Assembly: GCA_964499875.1 (NCBI GenBank)
Contig: CAZCPZ010000001.1
Location: forward strand, 1-24,000
Source: an uncultured Thermoplasmatales archaeon
Lineage (GTDB): Archaea > Thermoplasmatota > E2 > DHVEG-1
Length of the DNA stretch: 24,000 nucleotides
Direction of reading: 5' to 3'
This document shows positions 1-8,390 of this stretch, in pieces (the first letter of the stretch is position 1; each line of letters opens with the position of its first letter). The position numbers and the translations under genes are program-made. A model generated the notes under the pieces. It did no database searches and was not told the origin of the DNA. It saw only the letters and a program-made list of their open reading frames with translations.

Positions 1-1
1 A

Positions 2-76
2 TGCTCCCGTCGGGATTTGAACCCGAGTTGCCGGCTCGAAAGGCCGGAATGATTGACCGGACTACACCACGGGAGC
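2..76 (-). tRNA. tRNA-Glu (anticodon UUC)
   Basis: The reverse complement folds as a cloverleaf. Acceptor GCTCCCG/CGGGAGC, D-arm GTGTAGTCCGGTCAATCAT (typical of archaeal tRNA-Glu), anticodon stem CCGGC/GCCGG with loop CTTTCGA (anticodon TTC), T-arm TCGGG-TTCAAAT-CCCGA, discriminator A. No CCA is encoded within the window. Confidence 0.9.
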
Positions 77-78
77 AG

Positions 79-150
79 CAGCCCTGCCCAGATTCGAACT
101 GGGGTCGCTGGCTCCAAAGGCCAGAATGTTAACCACTACACCACAGGGCT
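79..150 (-). tRNA. tRNA-Gln (anticodon UUG)
   Basis: The reverse complement AGCCCTGTGGTGTAGTGGTTAACATTCTGGCCTTTGGAGCCAGCGACCCCAGTTCGAATCTGGGCAGGGCTG folds as a cloverleaf. Acceptor AGCCCTG/CAGGGCT, anticodon stem CTGGC/GCCAG with loop CTTTGGA (anticodon TTG), T-arm CCCAG-TTCGAAT-CTGGG. It lies 2 nt from tRNA-Glu. Confidence 0.88.
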
Positions 151-297
151 ACAGCACAGGGGTAGTAAATTATGATAACCTATATTTAGAGGTTTTGGAT
201 ATCTAAAATCTTTCTCTTCATCTTAAGATTTAAAAGGTTATGAAGTTAAAGTTATATTCCCGTTGTTTGGTAATAGATCTTGGAAGAGGTGGATTTC

Positions 298-786
298 ATG
301 GATACAATAAAATTATTAGTTAGGGTTTCAGAGGTTTTAAAGAAAAAGGGTTTAAAGGTTGCTACTGCTGAGTCTTGCACTGGTGGTTTAATTGGTCATA
401 CTTTAACTAATATATCTGGTAGTTCAGAGTATTATGATAGAGGAATGATATCTTATAGCAATAGAGCTAAGATGGAACTACTGGGGGTTCCAGAGGAGTT
501 ACTGGAGAAGTATGGTGCTGTTAGTGAAGAAGTAGCAAGAGCTATGGCAGAGGGAGTGAGAGAGAAGTCAAAGGTTGATATTGGTGTTGCTACTACGGGT
601 ATAGCTGGTCCAACAGGTGGAACTAAGGATAAACCAGTTGGATTGGTATATATTGGGGTTTCTACTAGAGAGAAAACTGTCGTTAGGAGATGCTTGTTTC
701 ATGGAAGTAGATTGGGTAATAAGGAGAGTACTTGTAAAGCAGCCCTGGAATTACTACTGGAGGTTCTTGGTGAAGAGGTGAAATAA
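298..786 (+). CDS. cinA: CinA C-terminal domain / nicotinamide-nucleotide amidohydrolase PncC-like protein
   Basis: Hallmark motif KVATAESCTGGLIGHTLTNISGSS plus GIAGPTGG...KPVGLVYIG. The ATG at 298 is preceded by GGAAGAGGTGGA (SD-like). The ORF track extends it to a TTG at 280. The stop is 2 nt before the rtcA start. Confidence 0.9.
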   Translation: MDTIKLLVRVSEVLKKKGLKVATAESCTGGLIGHTLTNISGSSEYYDRGMISYSNRAKMELLGVPEELLEKYGAVSEEVARAMAEGVREKSKVDIGVATTGIAGPTGGTKDKPVGLVYIGVSTREKTVVRRCLFHGSRLGNKESTCKAALELLLEVLGEEVK

Positions 787-788
787 AG

Positions 789-1832
789 TTGATTTCTATA
801 GATGGATCCTATGGTGAGGGTGGTGGACAGATTCTTAGAACTGCTATTGCTTTATCTGCTGTGACAAATACTCCCGTAGAGATTAAGAATATTAGAGCTA
901 ATCGTCCTAATCCAGGTATTAAAGCACAGCACTATACTGCACTACGTATCGTTAAAGAGTTATGTAACGCTGAGACAGAGGGATTGGAGATAGGTTCTCA
1001 TCGAGTCTTTTTTAACCCAGGAGAGTTTAGAGGTGGAAGCTATAAATTTGATATTGGAACAGCTGGTAGCATCGTACTTGTATGTCAAGCATGTATTCTA
1101 GCTGCTGTTAGAACAACTAAGCCGATAACACTATATTTAAAGGGTGGAACAGATGTTAGATGGTCACCATCCTGGGATTATTTTACTCACGTGTTTCTAC
1201 CGCTACTTAGAAGGATGGGTGTAGAGGTTGAGACTAGGTTAATTAGAAGAGGATACTACCCAGAGGGCGGAGGAGAAGCAGAGATAAGGATTCAACCTGT
1301 TGATGAGCTGAAGCCTATTAAGTTAGAGGATTTCAAGGAATGTAGGAAAATAGAGGGTATAATACATGTAACGAATCTACCTGAGCATATTGGGAAGAGG
1401 ATGAAACACTCAGCAGTGAAGGTTTTTGTCAGCAAGGGTATAGATGCTAGGATTAGTGTGGAAACCAGTAGTTCTAGATCTACTGGTACTGGTATAACTG
1501 TTTGGACGACCTGTGAAGGGATTCATCTAGGTAAAACTATGCTTGGAGAGAAAGGTGTTCCAGCAGAGGAAGTTGGTAGAAAAGCAGCTGAGGAATTGGT
1601 ATCAGAGTTATCTGCTAAACCAACCGTTGATGTAAACCTATTTGATCAACTAGTACCGTACATGGTATTAACTAGGGGAGGAGAGAAATCTGTTTGTAGG
1701 GTAAGAGAGATTAGTAAACATGCTGATACCTGTATGTGGCTTGTATCCAAGTTTTATGGGGAGGAGAGTTTATTTAAGGTTGATAAGTTAGAGGGAATCT
1801 ATAGAGTGGAATCTATTGGAAGAGGATTATAG
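789..1832 (+). CDS. rtcA: RNA 3'-terminal phosphate cyclase
   Basis: N-terminus [24 protein letters not shown] matches the RtcA signature (E. coli: [21 protein letters not shown]). Length 347 aa. TTG start with GAGGTGA 8 nt upstream. Confidence 0.92.
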   Translation: [347 protein letters not shown]

Positions 1833-2534
1833 ATGCGAGACATCTAGTACTTTAATCTTATATCTAACAAATTTAATAACTAGGTAGACTACTAGTAATG
1901 CAGCTAATAGGCTTACGAATACTCCGAGTTCCTCCCATGATACTAGAAAGTTGTATAAACCATGGATGAGGAAAGCAAGTAGGAAGTATGGTATAACTCT
2001 GAGACGAGAGGTGTTGAGAATTAAACTTTTACCGTAACCATAACCAGTTAAAGCAGTTGCTGATGCATGAAGCAAGCATCCTCCAATGCTTCTAATACTC
2101 ATTAGTATAATAAATACCGTTAAACCCTCTGATAGGAAACTCCAACCGTAGAATAGGTTTTCTGTTGCAGAGAAACCAAGACCAGCAACTGCACCATAGA
2201 TTAAACCATCTTCTAATTCCTGTAGAGATCTCCTAACTGTTTTAGTGCGAAGAGCCATTGGTTTAGCGATTTCCTCTGCAAAAGGAGCAATGAGTATAAC
2301 CGTTAGAAGAGTGAAGTCATCCGCTGATGTGAAGGATATAGATATTGAGATATCCAGTATTATCTCTAGGAAGAGAGCTGCTATTACAGCGAGTGATGCA
2401 CCCCATAGGAAGCAGAATAGAATGGTACTCCATCTCTCCCTATTATATCGTTCAGTGTTTCTAATCCATATAGTGTATATCAGTGGCGGTAGGAAGGATG
2501 CTATAAGTAGGATAATCAACTCTCTAGTATTCAC
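1827..2534 (-). CDS. PrsW-family intramembrane metalloprotease
   Basis: Polytopic membrane protein with the PrsW motifs FAEEIAKP (EExxK) and HGLYN (HxxxN). It overlaps the rtcA end convergently by 6 nt. Confidence 0.8.
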   Translation of the reverse strand: MNTRELIILLIASFLPPLIYTIWIRNTERYNRERWSTILFCFLWGASLAVIAALFLEIILDISISISFTSADDFTLLTVILIAPFAEEIAKPMALRTKTVRRSLQELEDGLIYGAVAGLGFSATENLFYGWSFLSEGLTVFIILMSIRSIGGCLLHASATALTGYGYGKSLILNTSRLRVIPYFLLAFLIHGLYNFLVSWEELGVFVSLLAALLVVYLVIKFVRYKIKVLDVSHL

Positions 2535-2620
2535 ATGGTTCTTAAAACCTGGAATGGTTTTTAATGTTTTAGAGGGATCTTTACACCTTTAGGATATACG
2601 TGGAAAGAAGGGAGAGAGTG

Positions 2621-4123
2621 TTAGCCTAGTATTATCATTAAAACAAGGATTTTCACTAGGTAGAGGATTGGATCAAAGAGAGGTAATCTTAGTATAAATG
2701 GTATAGGTGCTACTGGTGGTCCTTCTTCTGGTAGAGTAGAGGAGTTGGTTAATCTAATGAAGTGAACGGTGTTTCTTTTAATCAACTTGTTTACATTAAA
2801 GGTTTCTCCATTAGAAACTTCTTCATCTATAATTTCTAGGTGATGAGAATCATCTATTATGTAGTAGGCTATGGTGTAAGATGAGTTCCAAGGTATATTA
2901 GTTATGTTAATGTTGTACTCTGTATCTACTGCATCATAGTTGCTTATCAAGATGGAGATGTTGTTTTTATCTTTGGAGATACCTGCTAGATAATTGATCC
3001 CCGGGTGGATCGTTGTCTCATTAATGGGTGTTAACCTAATAGGTGTGTCTTGGGTGATATAGTATAGTGCCTTGTACACCAAGGCTGGTGTTTTATATAA
3101 ACCTTTATCGGTGAATAAACTAAGGTCGAAACCTGAGAGTTTAAGTAACCAGTTGTTATCTTGGGTTCCACGGTATCTAAAAGCATAGTTAAGATCAGCA
3201 TCTTGAAATAGTATAATTGAGTTGGCTGTAAAAGCAGCATTTCTAGCATTTTCTTTGTCTCTCTGAGGAGTTAGTAGATGAATATTCCACTCAGTTAGTA
3301 TATCCTCACATTCTGTTAAACCAAAGGAGTCAAGTAGTGATCTAACTCTTAGAGAATTAACTCTTAGCTCCTCTGGAGTTGTTGCGTAGCAATGCCAAGA
3401 GAAGAAATCAATTAGTACATTATTTTCTACTAAGTGTTCAAGGAATAATCTTGTATAGTTGAGGTTATCAATAGATGATACACTTGATCCACCAATTTTT
3501 AGAGAGTTATTATAGTTTTTCAGGGTTTGAGCAGTTATACTGTAAAGTTGATAATATTCCTCGCTGGTTCCATTCCAGAAACCTTTTAGATCTGGTTCAT
3601 TCCATATCTCCCAGTATGTGATATTATAGTGGTAGCCATTGTTCCATCCATCATTATAATGCATAACTATATGTTTACATACCTCAGCCCATTTACTATA
3701 GTTCTCTGGTGGTTGACGAAGAATTTTATTATCACTAGCGCTTTCTCCTAGTCTATAAAATATTTTACAGCCTGCATCTATAATAGATTTTATAACCTCA
3801 TCAGACTCGCTGAAATCATAGCTGTTTTCATCAAAGGGGTCAGCGCTCCAATTCGGGAATATGCTATGTATATCTGTTGGTCCAAAGAAGTCATGTGTCC
3901 TAACCATATCTACTCCAATATCCCTGTATTGCTCTATTAACTCAACACCTTCTATATAATACACAGGGGAAGGGCCACAGTTTATCTCACAATAAGATTT
4001 GATTAAACCATACGTATTCAAGCAATCTAAATGTGTTTCCAGAGAAGAACCATCTGGTGGGGTTTCAAACATAGAAAGAAGGATAAAAACAAGAACAGCT
4101 AAACCAATGGTAAACTTACTCAT
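2621..4123 (-). CDS. Secreted, membrane-anchored clan GH-A glycoside hydrolase, GH39-like
   Basis: N-terminal signal-like helix. YWEIWNEPDLKGFW is an acid/base NEP motif (Glu codon at 3596-3598) that resembles the alpha-L-iduronidase/GH39 FETWNEPDHHDF context. Also LKIGGSS, FFSWHCY, and the putative nucleophile ILTEWN. Many N-x-S/T sequons. C-terminal hydrophobic tail ILYLVKILVLMIILG. Confidence 0.75.
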   Translation of the reverse strand: MSKFTIGLAVLVFILLSMFETPPDGSSLETHLDCLNTYGLIKSYCEINCGPSPVYYIEGVELIEQYRDIGVDMVRTHDFFGPTDIHSIFPNWSADPFDENSYDFSESDEVIKSIIDAGCKIFYRLGESASDNKILRQPPENYSKWAEVCKHIVMHYNDGWNNGYHYNITYWEIWNEPDLKGFWNGTSEEYYQLYSITAQTLKNYNNSLKIGGSSVSSIDNLNYTRLFLEHLVENNVLIDFFSWHCYATTPEELRVNSLRVRSLLDSFGLTECEDILTEWNIHLLTPQRDKENARNAAFTANSIILFQDADLNYAFRYRGTQDNNWLLKLSGFDLSLFTDKGLYKTPALVYKALYYITQDTPIRLTPINETTIHPGINYLAGISKDKNNISILISNYDAVDTEYNINITNIPWNSSYTIAYYIIDDSHHLEIIDEEVSNGETFNVNKLIKRNTVHFIRLTNSSTLPEEGPPVAPIPFILRLPLFDPILYLVKILVLMIILG

Positions 4124-4266
4124 TAAAAAAAGTATATATAAATAATGGTATTTAAAACATTGAGATAAGATTTTTTGACATAGAAACTAAATTTAGCAGA
4201 ATAGAAACAATCTGATACCGCGTTGAGAGATAATTTTTATATATGTCAACTCCTTAGAAGTTTCTT
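4124..4266. promoter_or_regulatory. Divergent AT-rich promoter region with TATA-like boxes for both flanking genes
   Basis: TTTTTATATAT at 4235-4245 is centred about 27 nt before the GTG at 4267. On the minus strand, TTTTAAATA (4150-4158) and TTTATATATA (4134-4143) lie upstream of the ATG at 4123. Neither start has an SD motif, which suggests leaderless or very short leaders. Confidence 0.35.
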
Positions 4267-5175
4267 GTGAAAATAGAGGTATACTTTGTTTTAGTGCTTT
4301 TAATGATAACCTCTCTTCTATCTGGTTGTGTAACAGATGAGGATAGCATCATATATGATGGAAGAATAAGGTTCTACTTACTTCATTTACCTAAGAGCTA
4401 TAACCCCTCTACTCCTACACCTCTTGTTATAGCTTTACATGGCGGTGGAGGAAACGCTCACCACATGGAGGAGAAAACAGGTTTTAGTTTATTGGCAGAT
4501 GAAGAAAGATTCATAGTTGTGTATCCAGAGGGTACAGGTAGGTTGAAACATAGAGGTTTAACATGGAACGCTGGTTACTGTTGTGGTTATGCATTGGAGA
4601 ATAATGTAGATGATGTAGGATTCATTGAAACCCTGATTAAGAAATTAGAGAGTGAATATAATATTGATCCAAATAGAATCTATGTAACGGGTCACTCGAA
4701 TGGAGCCATGCTAACATATAGAGTGGGAGCAGAATTATCTAATATAGTTGCTGCTATTGCACCAGTTGCAGGATCCATAGGTGGTTACGCTACTAATGAT
4801 TCTCCATTATGGGTTATACCAGAGCCAAAGTATCCTGTTTCTGTTGTAGCTATCCATGGTTTACTTGATGCTCATGTACCATATTATGGTGGTCATGGTT
4901 CAAATGCCACTGGTAGTAGAATAGATTTATCAGTGAATGAATCTATATCCTTCTGGGTTCAACACGATGATTGTGATTCAACTCCTATTAGAGAGGTGTA
5001 TGGTAATATAGTTAAAGAAACCTATTCTAATGGAAGTAATAATACAGAGGTTGCGTTATATACTATCCTAGATGGCGATCATAGATGGCCTGGTTCATAT
5101 ATAGAGGAATACAAGAATTTCTCAGCTACTAGGGTGATATGGGATTTCTTTAAGAGTCATCCTAAAAATATTTGA
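4267..5175 (+). CDS. Secreted lipoprotein esterase, PHB depolymerase / LpqC (CE1-like) family
   Basis: Lipobox-like LLSGC after a hydrophobic N-terminus. PLVIALHGGGGN, FIVVYPEG, WNAGYCCG, DDVGFI and the nucleophile elbow YVTGHSNGAM match the COG3509-type esterase pattern. Confidence 0.75.
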   Translation: MKIEVYFVLVLLMITSLLSGCVTDEDSIIYDGRIRFYLLHLPKSYNPSTPTPLVIALHGGGGNAHHMEEKTGFSLLADEERFIVVYPEGTGRLKHRGLTWNAGYCCGYALENNVDDVGFIETLIKKLESEYNIDPNRIYVTGHSNGAMLTYRVGAELSNIVAAIAPVAGSIGGYATNDSPLWVIPEPKYPVSVVAIHGLLDAHVPYYGGHGSNATGSRIDLSVNESISFWVQHDDCDSTPIREVYGNIVKETYSNGSNNTEVALYTILDGDHRWPGSYIEEYKNFSATRVIWDFFKSHPKNI

Positions 5176-5188
5176 AATGAGAGCATAG

Positions 5189-5219
5189 AGAGGGATTCCT
5201 TGGTAAGGAATACTCCTCT
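5189..5219 (+). terminator. Hairpin followed by T-runs downstream of the esterase gene
   Basis: Perfect 7-bp stem ATTCCTT (5195-5201) / AAGGAAT (5205-5211) with a 3-nt loop and imperfect extensions. It is followed by TAGTTTTTTC and GTTTTTC runs near 5236-5260. The link to termination is an inference. Confidence 0.3.
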
Positions 5220-5296
5220 TTAACATTGAGTAGATAGTTTTTTCAAAATGTTTTTCTAGGGTTAGTATATTGCGGGGTATCAGCCACAGTTATTAG

Positions 5297-6547
5297 GTGG
5301 CGGAGGAAAAAGAGTTGGATCACAGTATATGGCTTATAGTTGGGGGAGCAAGCGCTGTAGCTTTCTATATGGCTTGGAGTATTGGCGCTAATGATGTCGC
5401 TAATTCTATGGCGACTGCTGTTGGTGCAAGAGCTATTACCTTCCGTCAAGCAGTTTTTATTGCTGGTATACTAAACTTGATAGGAGCAGTATTTGTTGGT
5501 AGTCACGTCACTGACACTGTTAGGAAAGGTATTGTAAATGTTACCGGTATAAACCCTGAGTCGCTACTATTAGGTTTTATAGCGAGTTTGCTTGCAGCAG
5601 CTATATGGGTTACTATCTCAACTTGGAAGGAGATGCCAATCTCTACCACTCACTCTGTGATAGGAGCTTTAATGGGTTTCGGTATAATAGCTGGTGGTTT
5701 ATCAACTGTTAAATGGAGTACTGTTACCGCTGTTGTATCTAGTTGGGTTTTATCACCGATTGTAGGTTGTATACTAGCATTCTTTGTGTTTAGAGTTATT
5801 GTTAAGCTTATATTTGCTACGGAGAATCCTGTTAGATCAGCTAGGATAGTTGGACCAGTAATTATAGGGTTTACTGCTATGCTAATCACTTCATCGTTAT
5901 TCCTCAAAACTCCTTTGAGCAGTAAACTAGGGTTATCAGAGGAAGATGGCGTCCTTATTGCAGGGGTAGTTGCGGTGATTGTAGGCGCACTGGGTATTTT
6001 ATTACTAAGGAGGGTTAAATCTAAACCAGGGGAAGAGTATAAAACCGTTGAAGGAATATTTCGTAAGCTACAGATTGTAACTTCTTGCTACGTGGCTTTT
6101 GCTCATGGAGCAAATGATGTAGCTAATGCTATTGGTCCAGTGGCTTCTATTATACCACTTGCTCAAGGTATACCTGTTGGTTCAACGGTTGAGGTACCAA
6201 TCTCATTACTTGCTCTTGGAGGATTTGGTATAGCCGTTGGTTGTATGACTTGGGGTCAAAGAGTTATGAGAACAGTTGGAGGGAGAATCACAAGTCTAAC
6301 AAATACTAGAGGGTTCTCCGTTGATTTTGGTGCTGCAACAACTGTTCTAGTTGCATCTAAATTAGGTATGCCGATTTCTACTTCTCACACTGTTGTTGGA
6401 GCAGTAATCGGCGTAGGATTAGCTAGGGGTTTAGAAGCTATTGATTTAAGTATCATTAAGAAGATAGTTGTATCTTGGCTGCTTACTCTTCCAATAGCCG
6501 CTGGTACATCCATAGTAATTTTTATAATCCTACAAGCTATAGTTTAG
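5297..6547 (+). CDS. pitA: Inorganic phosphate transporter, PiT (PHO4) family
   Basis: Duplicated signature GANDVANSMATAVG (N-terminal half) and GANDVANAIGPV (C-terminal half). About 10-12 predicted TM segments. GTG start. Confidence 0.93.
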   Translation: MAEEKELDHSIWLIVGGASAVAFYMAWSIGANDVANSMATAVGARAITFRQAVFIAGILNLIGAVFVGSHVTDTVRKGIVNVTGINPESLLLGFIASLLAAAIWVTISTWKEMPISTTHSVIGALMGFGIIAGGLSTVKWSTVTAVVSSWVLSPIVGCILAFFVFRVIVKLIFATENPVRSARIVGPVIIGFTAMLITSSLFLKTPLSSKLGLSEEDGVLIAGVVAVIVGALGILLLRRVKSKPGEEYKTVEGIFRKLQIVTSCYVAFAHGANDVANAIGPVASIIPLAQGIPVGSTVEVPISLLALGGFGIAVGCMTWGQRVMRTVGGRITSLTNTRGFSVDFGAATTVLVASKLGMPISTSHTVVGAVIGVGLARGLEAIDLSIIKKIVVSWLLTLPIAAGTSIVIFIILQAIV

Positions 6548-6562
6548 TAGAGAGGAGGATAT

Positions 6563-7255
6563 ATGGAGAAGAATCATTTCCGGGTTCCATTAACGAGTAC
6601 ATTTAGGAGGAAATCCCCTTTTGCTTTGCTATTAGAGCACATGAATAAGGTTAGGGAATGCATTGATCTACTAGGAGATGGTTTGATTCGCTACTATAAA
6701 GGGGATTACACCTCTTTCTCTAGTATTGCTAAGAGAGTGGATGAGCTTGAGCATGAAGCAGATTTGATTAAAAGTAATATTAGGAATCATCTTCCAAAAA
6801 CTATTTTGATGTCTGTTGAGAAAGGAAAATTTTTGTGGTTACTAAGGGAGCAGGATAAGATTCTTGATCACGCAGAGAATTTAGCTAAGATGCTTGATAT
6901 GAGACATACTAGGATACCTGATGAGATTCAAAAAATTTTTATTGAGCATGTAGAGTGTGTCGTTAAGACTGTTAAAGCTATGGAGAAAGCCGTTGAGAAT
7001 ATTAGTGATCTACTTGAGACAGGTTTCATTAGAAGGGAGAGAGAGGAGACAAAAGAAGCTATACATAAAGTACATGATTTTGAGAGAGAAGCAGATTTGA
7101 AGAAGTATGAGGCAACGAAGGGTATCTATAAACTTGAGAAGAAGCTTGATCCAATGGATGTGTATCATCTATTGAAGATAGCGGATTGGGTTGATGATAT
7201 CGCTGATCACGCAGAGAATGTAGCAGATTGGCTTAGAGCTATGATTGCTAGGTGA
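6563..7255 (+). CDS. DUF47 / TIGR00153-type PhoU-like Pit accessory protein
   Basis: Duplicated helical motifs ELEHEADLIK...REQDKILDHAENLA and FEREADLKK...IADWVDDIADHAENVA. It sits immediately downstream of pit, with GAGGAGG before the ATG. Confidence 0.88.
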   Translation: MEKNHFRVPLTSTFRRKSPFALLLEHMNKVRECIDLLGDGLIRYYKGDYTSFSSIAKRVDELEHEADLIKSNIRNHLPKTILMSVEKGKFLWLLREQDKILDHAENLAKMLDMRHTRIPDEIQKIFIEHVECVVKTVKAMEKAVENISDLLETGFIRREREETKEAIHKVHDFEREADLKKYEATKGIYKLEKKLDPMDVYHLLKIADWVDDIADHAENVADWLRAMIAR

Positions 7256-8129
7256 GAAAAGCCTTCACCGCATTTATTCCCCGTGGTAACCCCATGGAGG
7301 AAGCAATTGGTTTACATTTGGTTCTAAGTAGGTAGATGATTGGTCTATAGCTTGTTTCAGAGAAGGATTCATAGTTAGCCATTCCTTTACATATTATTAG
7401 ATCACAATTTTTGAGATGGTTTGATAACTCATCAGGTATACAGCTGAAGTTTACTCCTACTGCGAAGCAACCAGTTGTTAGTATCTCATCAACAACTTCT
7501 CTGAAACCTATTTTCTCGGCATCCTCCATTGTGGCATCACTGAGTATAGGTTCTCCTTTAACAACCAAAGTTATATGGAGTTTTGGATTAAACTCCTTGA
7601 TTTCTTGGAGAAGTAGTTTATCGAATACTATTTCACCACAGTTATCCGCAAAGAATAGGATTTCACTACTCTCTAGCAGTAAATCTTTTAAGGTATCTGT
7701 ATCATCGTATCCTAAACCCTCTTTTAACATAGAGTCAAAGTTTTCTTCTAATAACTTTGGATGGGTACTTCCTCCTTCTATACCAAAGTCTAGGGTGTTA
7801 CCTATAATAGAGCATAGTATACTAGTCTTTAGTGGATCATTTGATTCATCGATTAATCTCTCAACTTTAGGTAGAAGAGTTAATGCTGTCTTGTTACTCT
7901 GATCTTTCAATTTTTTATATGGATCCTCATCTCCTAAGAGAGTGTATACCTTACTATGTACTACTGTTGCAATCTCTGCGCTACTTCTATTTGGATTATA
8001 TATTCTTGATAGAATACCACAAGCTGTCTTCATAATAGTGGTTTGAAGGTTTTTATCAGTGGTGCTAAGATTAGTTTCGAAGAGAACTCTTCTTAGCAAA
8101 CACGGTATACATTCTGCGTGGATCTTCAT
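7248..8129 (-). CDS. DUF89 / ARMT1-like damage-control phosphatase
   Basis: N-terminus MKIHAECIPCLLRRV, ADNCGEIVFDKLL, and CDLIICKGMANYES are typical of archaeal DUF89 subfamily proteins. Convergent 8-nt overlap with the DUF47 gene. Confidence 0.8.
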   Translation of the reverse strand: MKIHAECIPCLLRRVLFETNLSTTDKNLQTTIMKTACGILSRIYNPNRSSAEIATVVHSKVYTLLGDEDPYKKLKDQSNKTALTLLPKVERLIDESNDPLKTSILCSIIGNTLDFGIEGGSTHPKLLEENFDSMLKEGLGYDDTDTLKDLLLESSEILFFADNCGEIVFDKLLLQEIKEFNPKLHITLVVKGEPILSDATMEDAEKIGFREVVDEILTTGCFAVGVNFSCIPDELSNHLKNCDLIICKGMANYESFSETSYRPIIYLLRTKCKPIASSMGLPRGINAVKAFLT

Positions 8130-8390
8130 ACAGGTTAGCTGGTAACACTAGTTTTATATTAGAGGATTGCGAAAAAGAGTAGGTTTTTAAAGGTGGAGAT
8201 ACATATATTATTTGATGAGTTCTTATAGAAAAAAAGCTTATAAGAAGGTGCCCTTTGATCCCCTCCATGAGAAGGGGATTGAGGAGAGAGTTAAAGAGGA
8301 AGTTAATTTATTCAAAATGGAGGAGAATCTTGTTAGAGGAGAATCAGAGAGACCCCCCACTGAGAGTAGTGAAAAGGACTTAGATTAGGT

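Noticed and set aside
1-280. tRNA pair as a possible integration hotspot (att site) for a mobile element
   Set aside because: No integrase, transposase or duplicated tRNA 3' fragment is recognisable in the window. The adjacent genes (cinA, rtcA) are housekeeping-type. I could not search exhaustively for a partial tRNA repeat by eye.
2245-2592. Plus-strand 115-aa ORF overlapping the PrsW gene. Similar antisense or embedded ORFs at 3031-3249, 5243-5449, 5650-5907, 7411-7902, 8071-8268, 9703-10014, 10705-10941, 12149-12340, 12397-12594, 14845-15048, 14975-15163, 15298-15504, 15476-15673, 16094-16279, 16481-16744, 17380-17589, 18815-19165, 19126-19431 and 19489-19800
   Set aside because: Each overlaps a longer ORF that carries recognisable family motifs. 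None has motifs, a plausible RBS or promoter, or non-random composition. I treat them as spurious.
7248-7255. Convergent end overlaps (DUF47/DUF89 8 nt; rtcA/PrsW 6 nt; ABC permease/242-aa gene 4 nt) as possible antisense regulation
   Set aside because: Short convergent overlaps are common in compact archaeal genomes, and the sequence gives no additional signal for regulation.
8213-8218. C-box-like TGATGA in the elp3/DUF89 intergenic region, possibly a C/D box sRNA
   Set aside because: No CTGA D box lies at the expected 50-70 nt distance on either strand, and the terminal stem pairing is absent.
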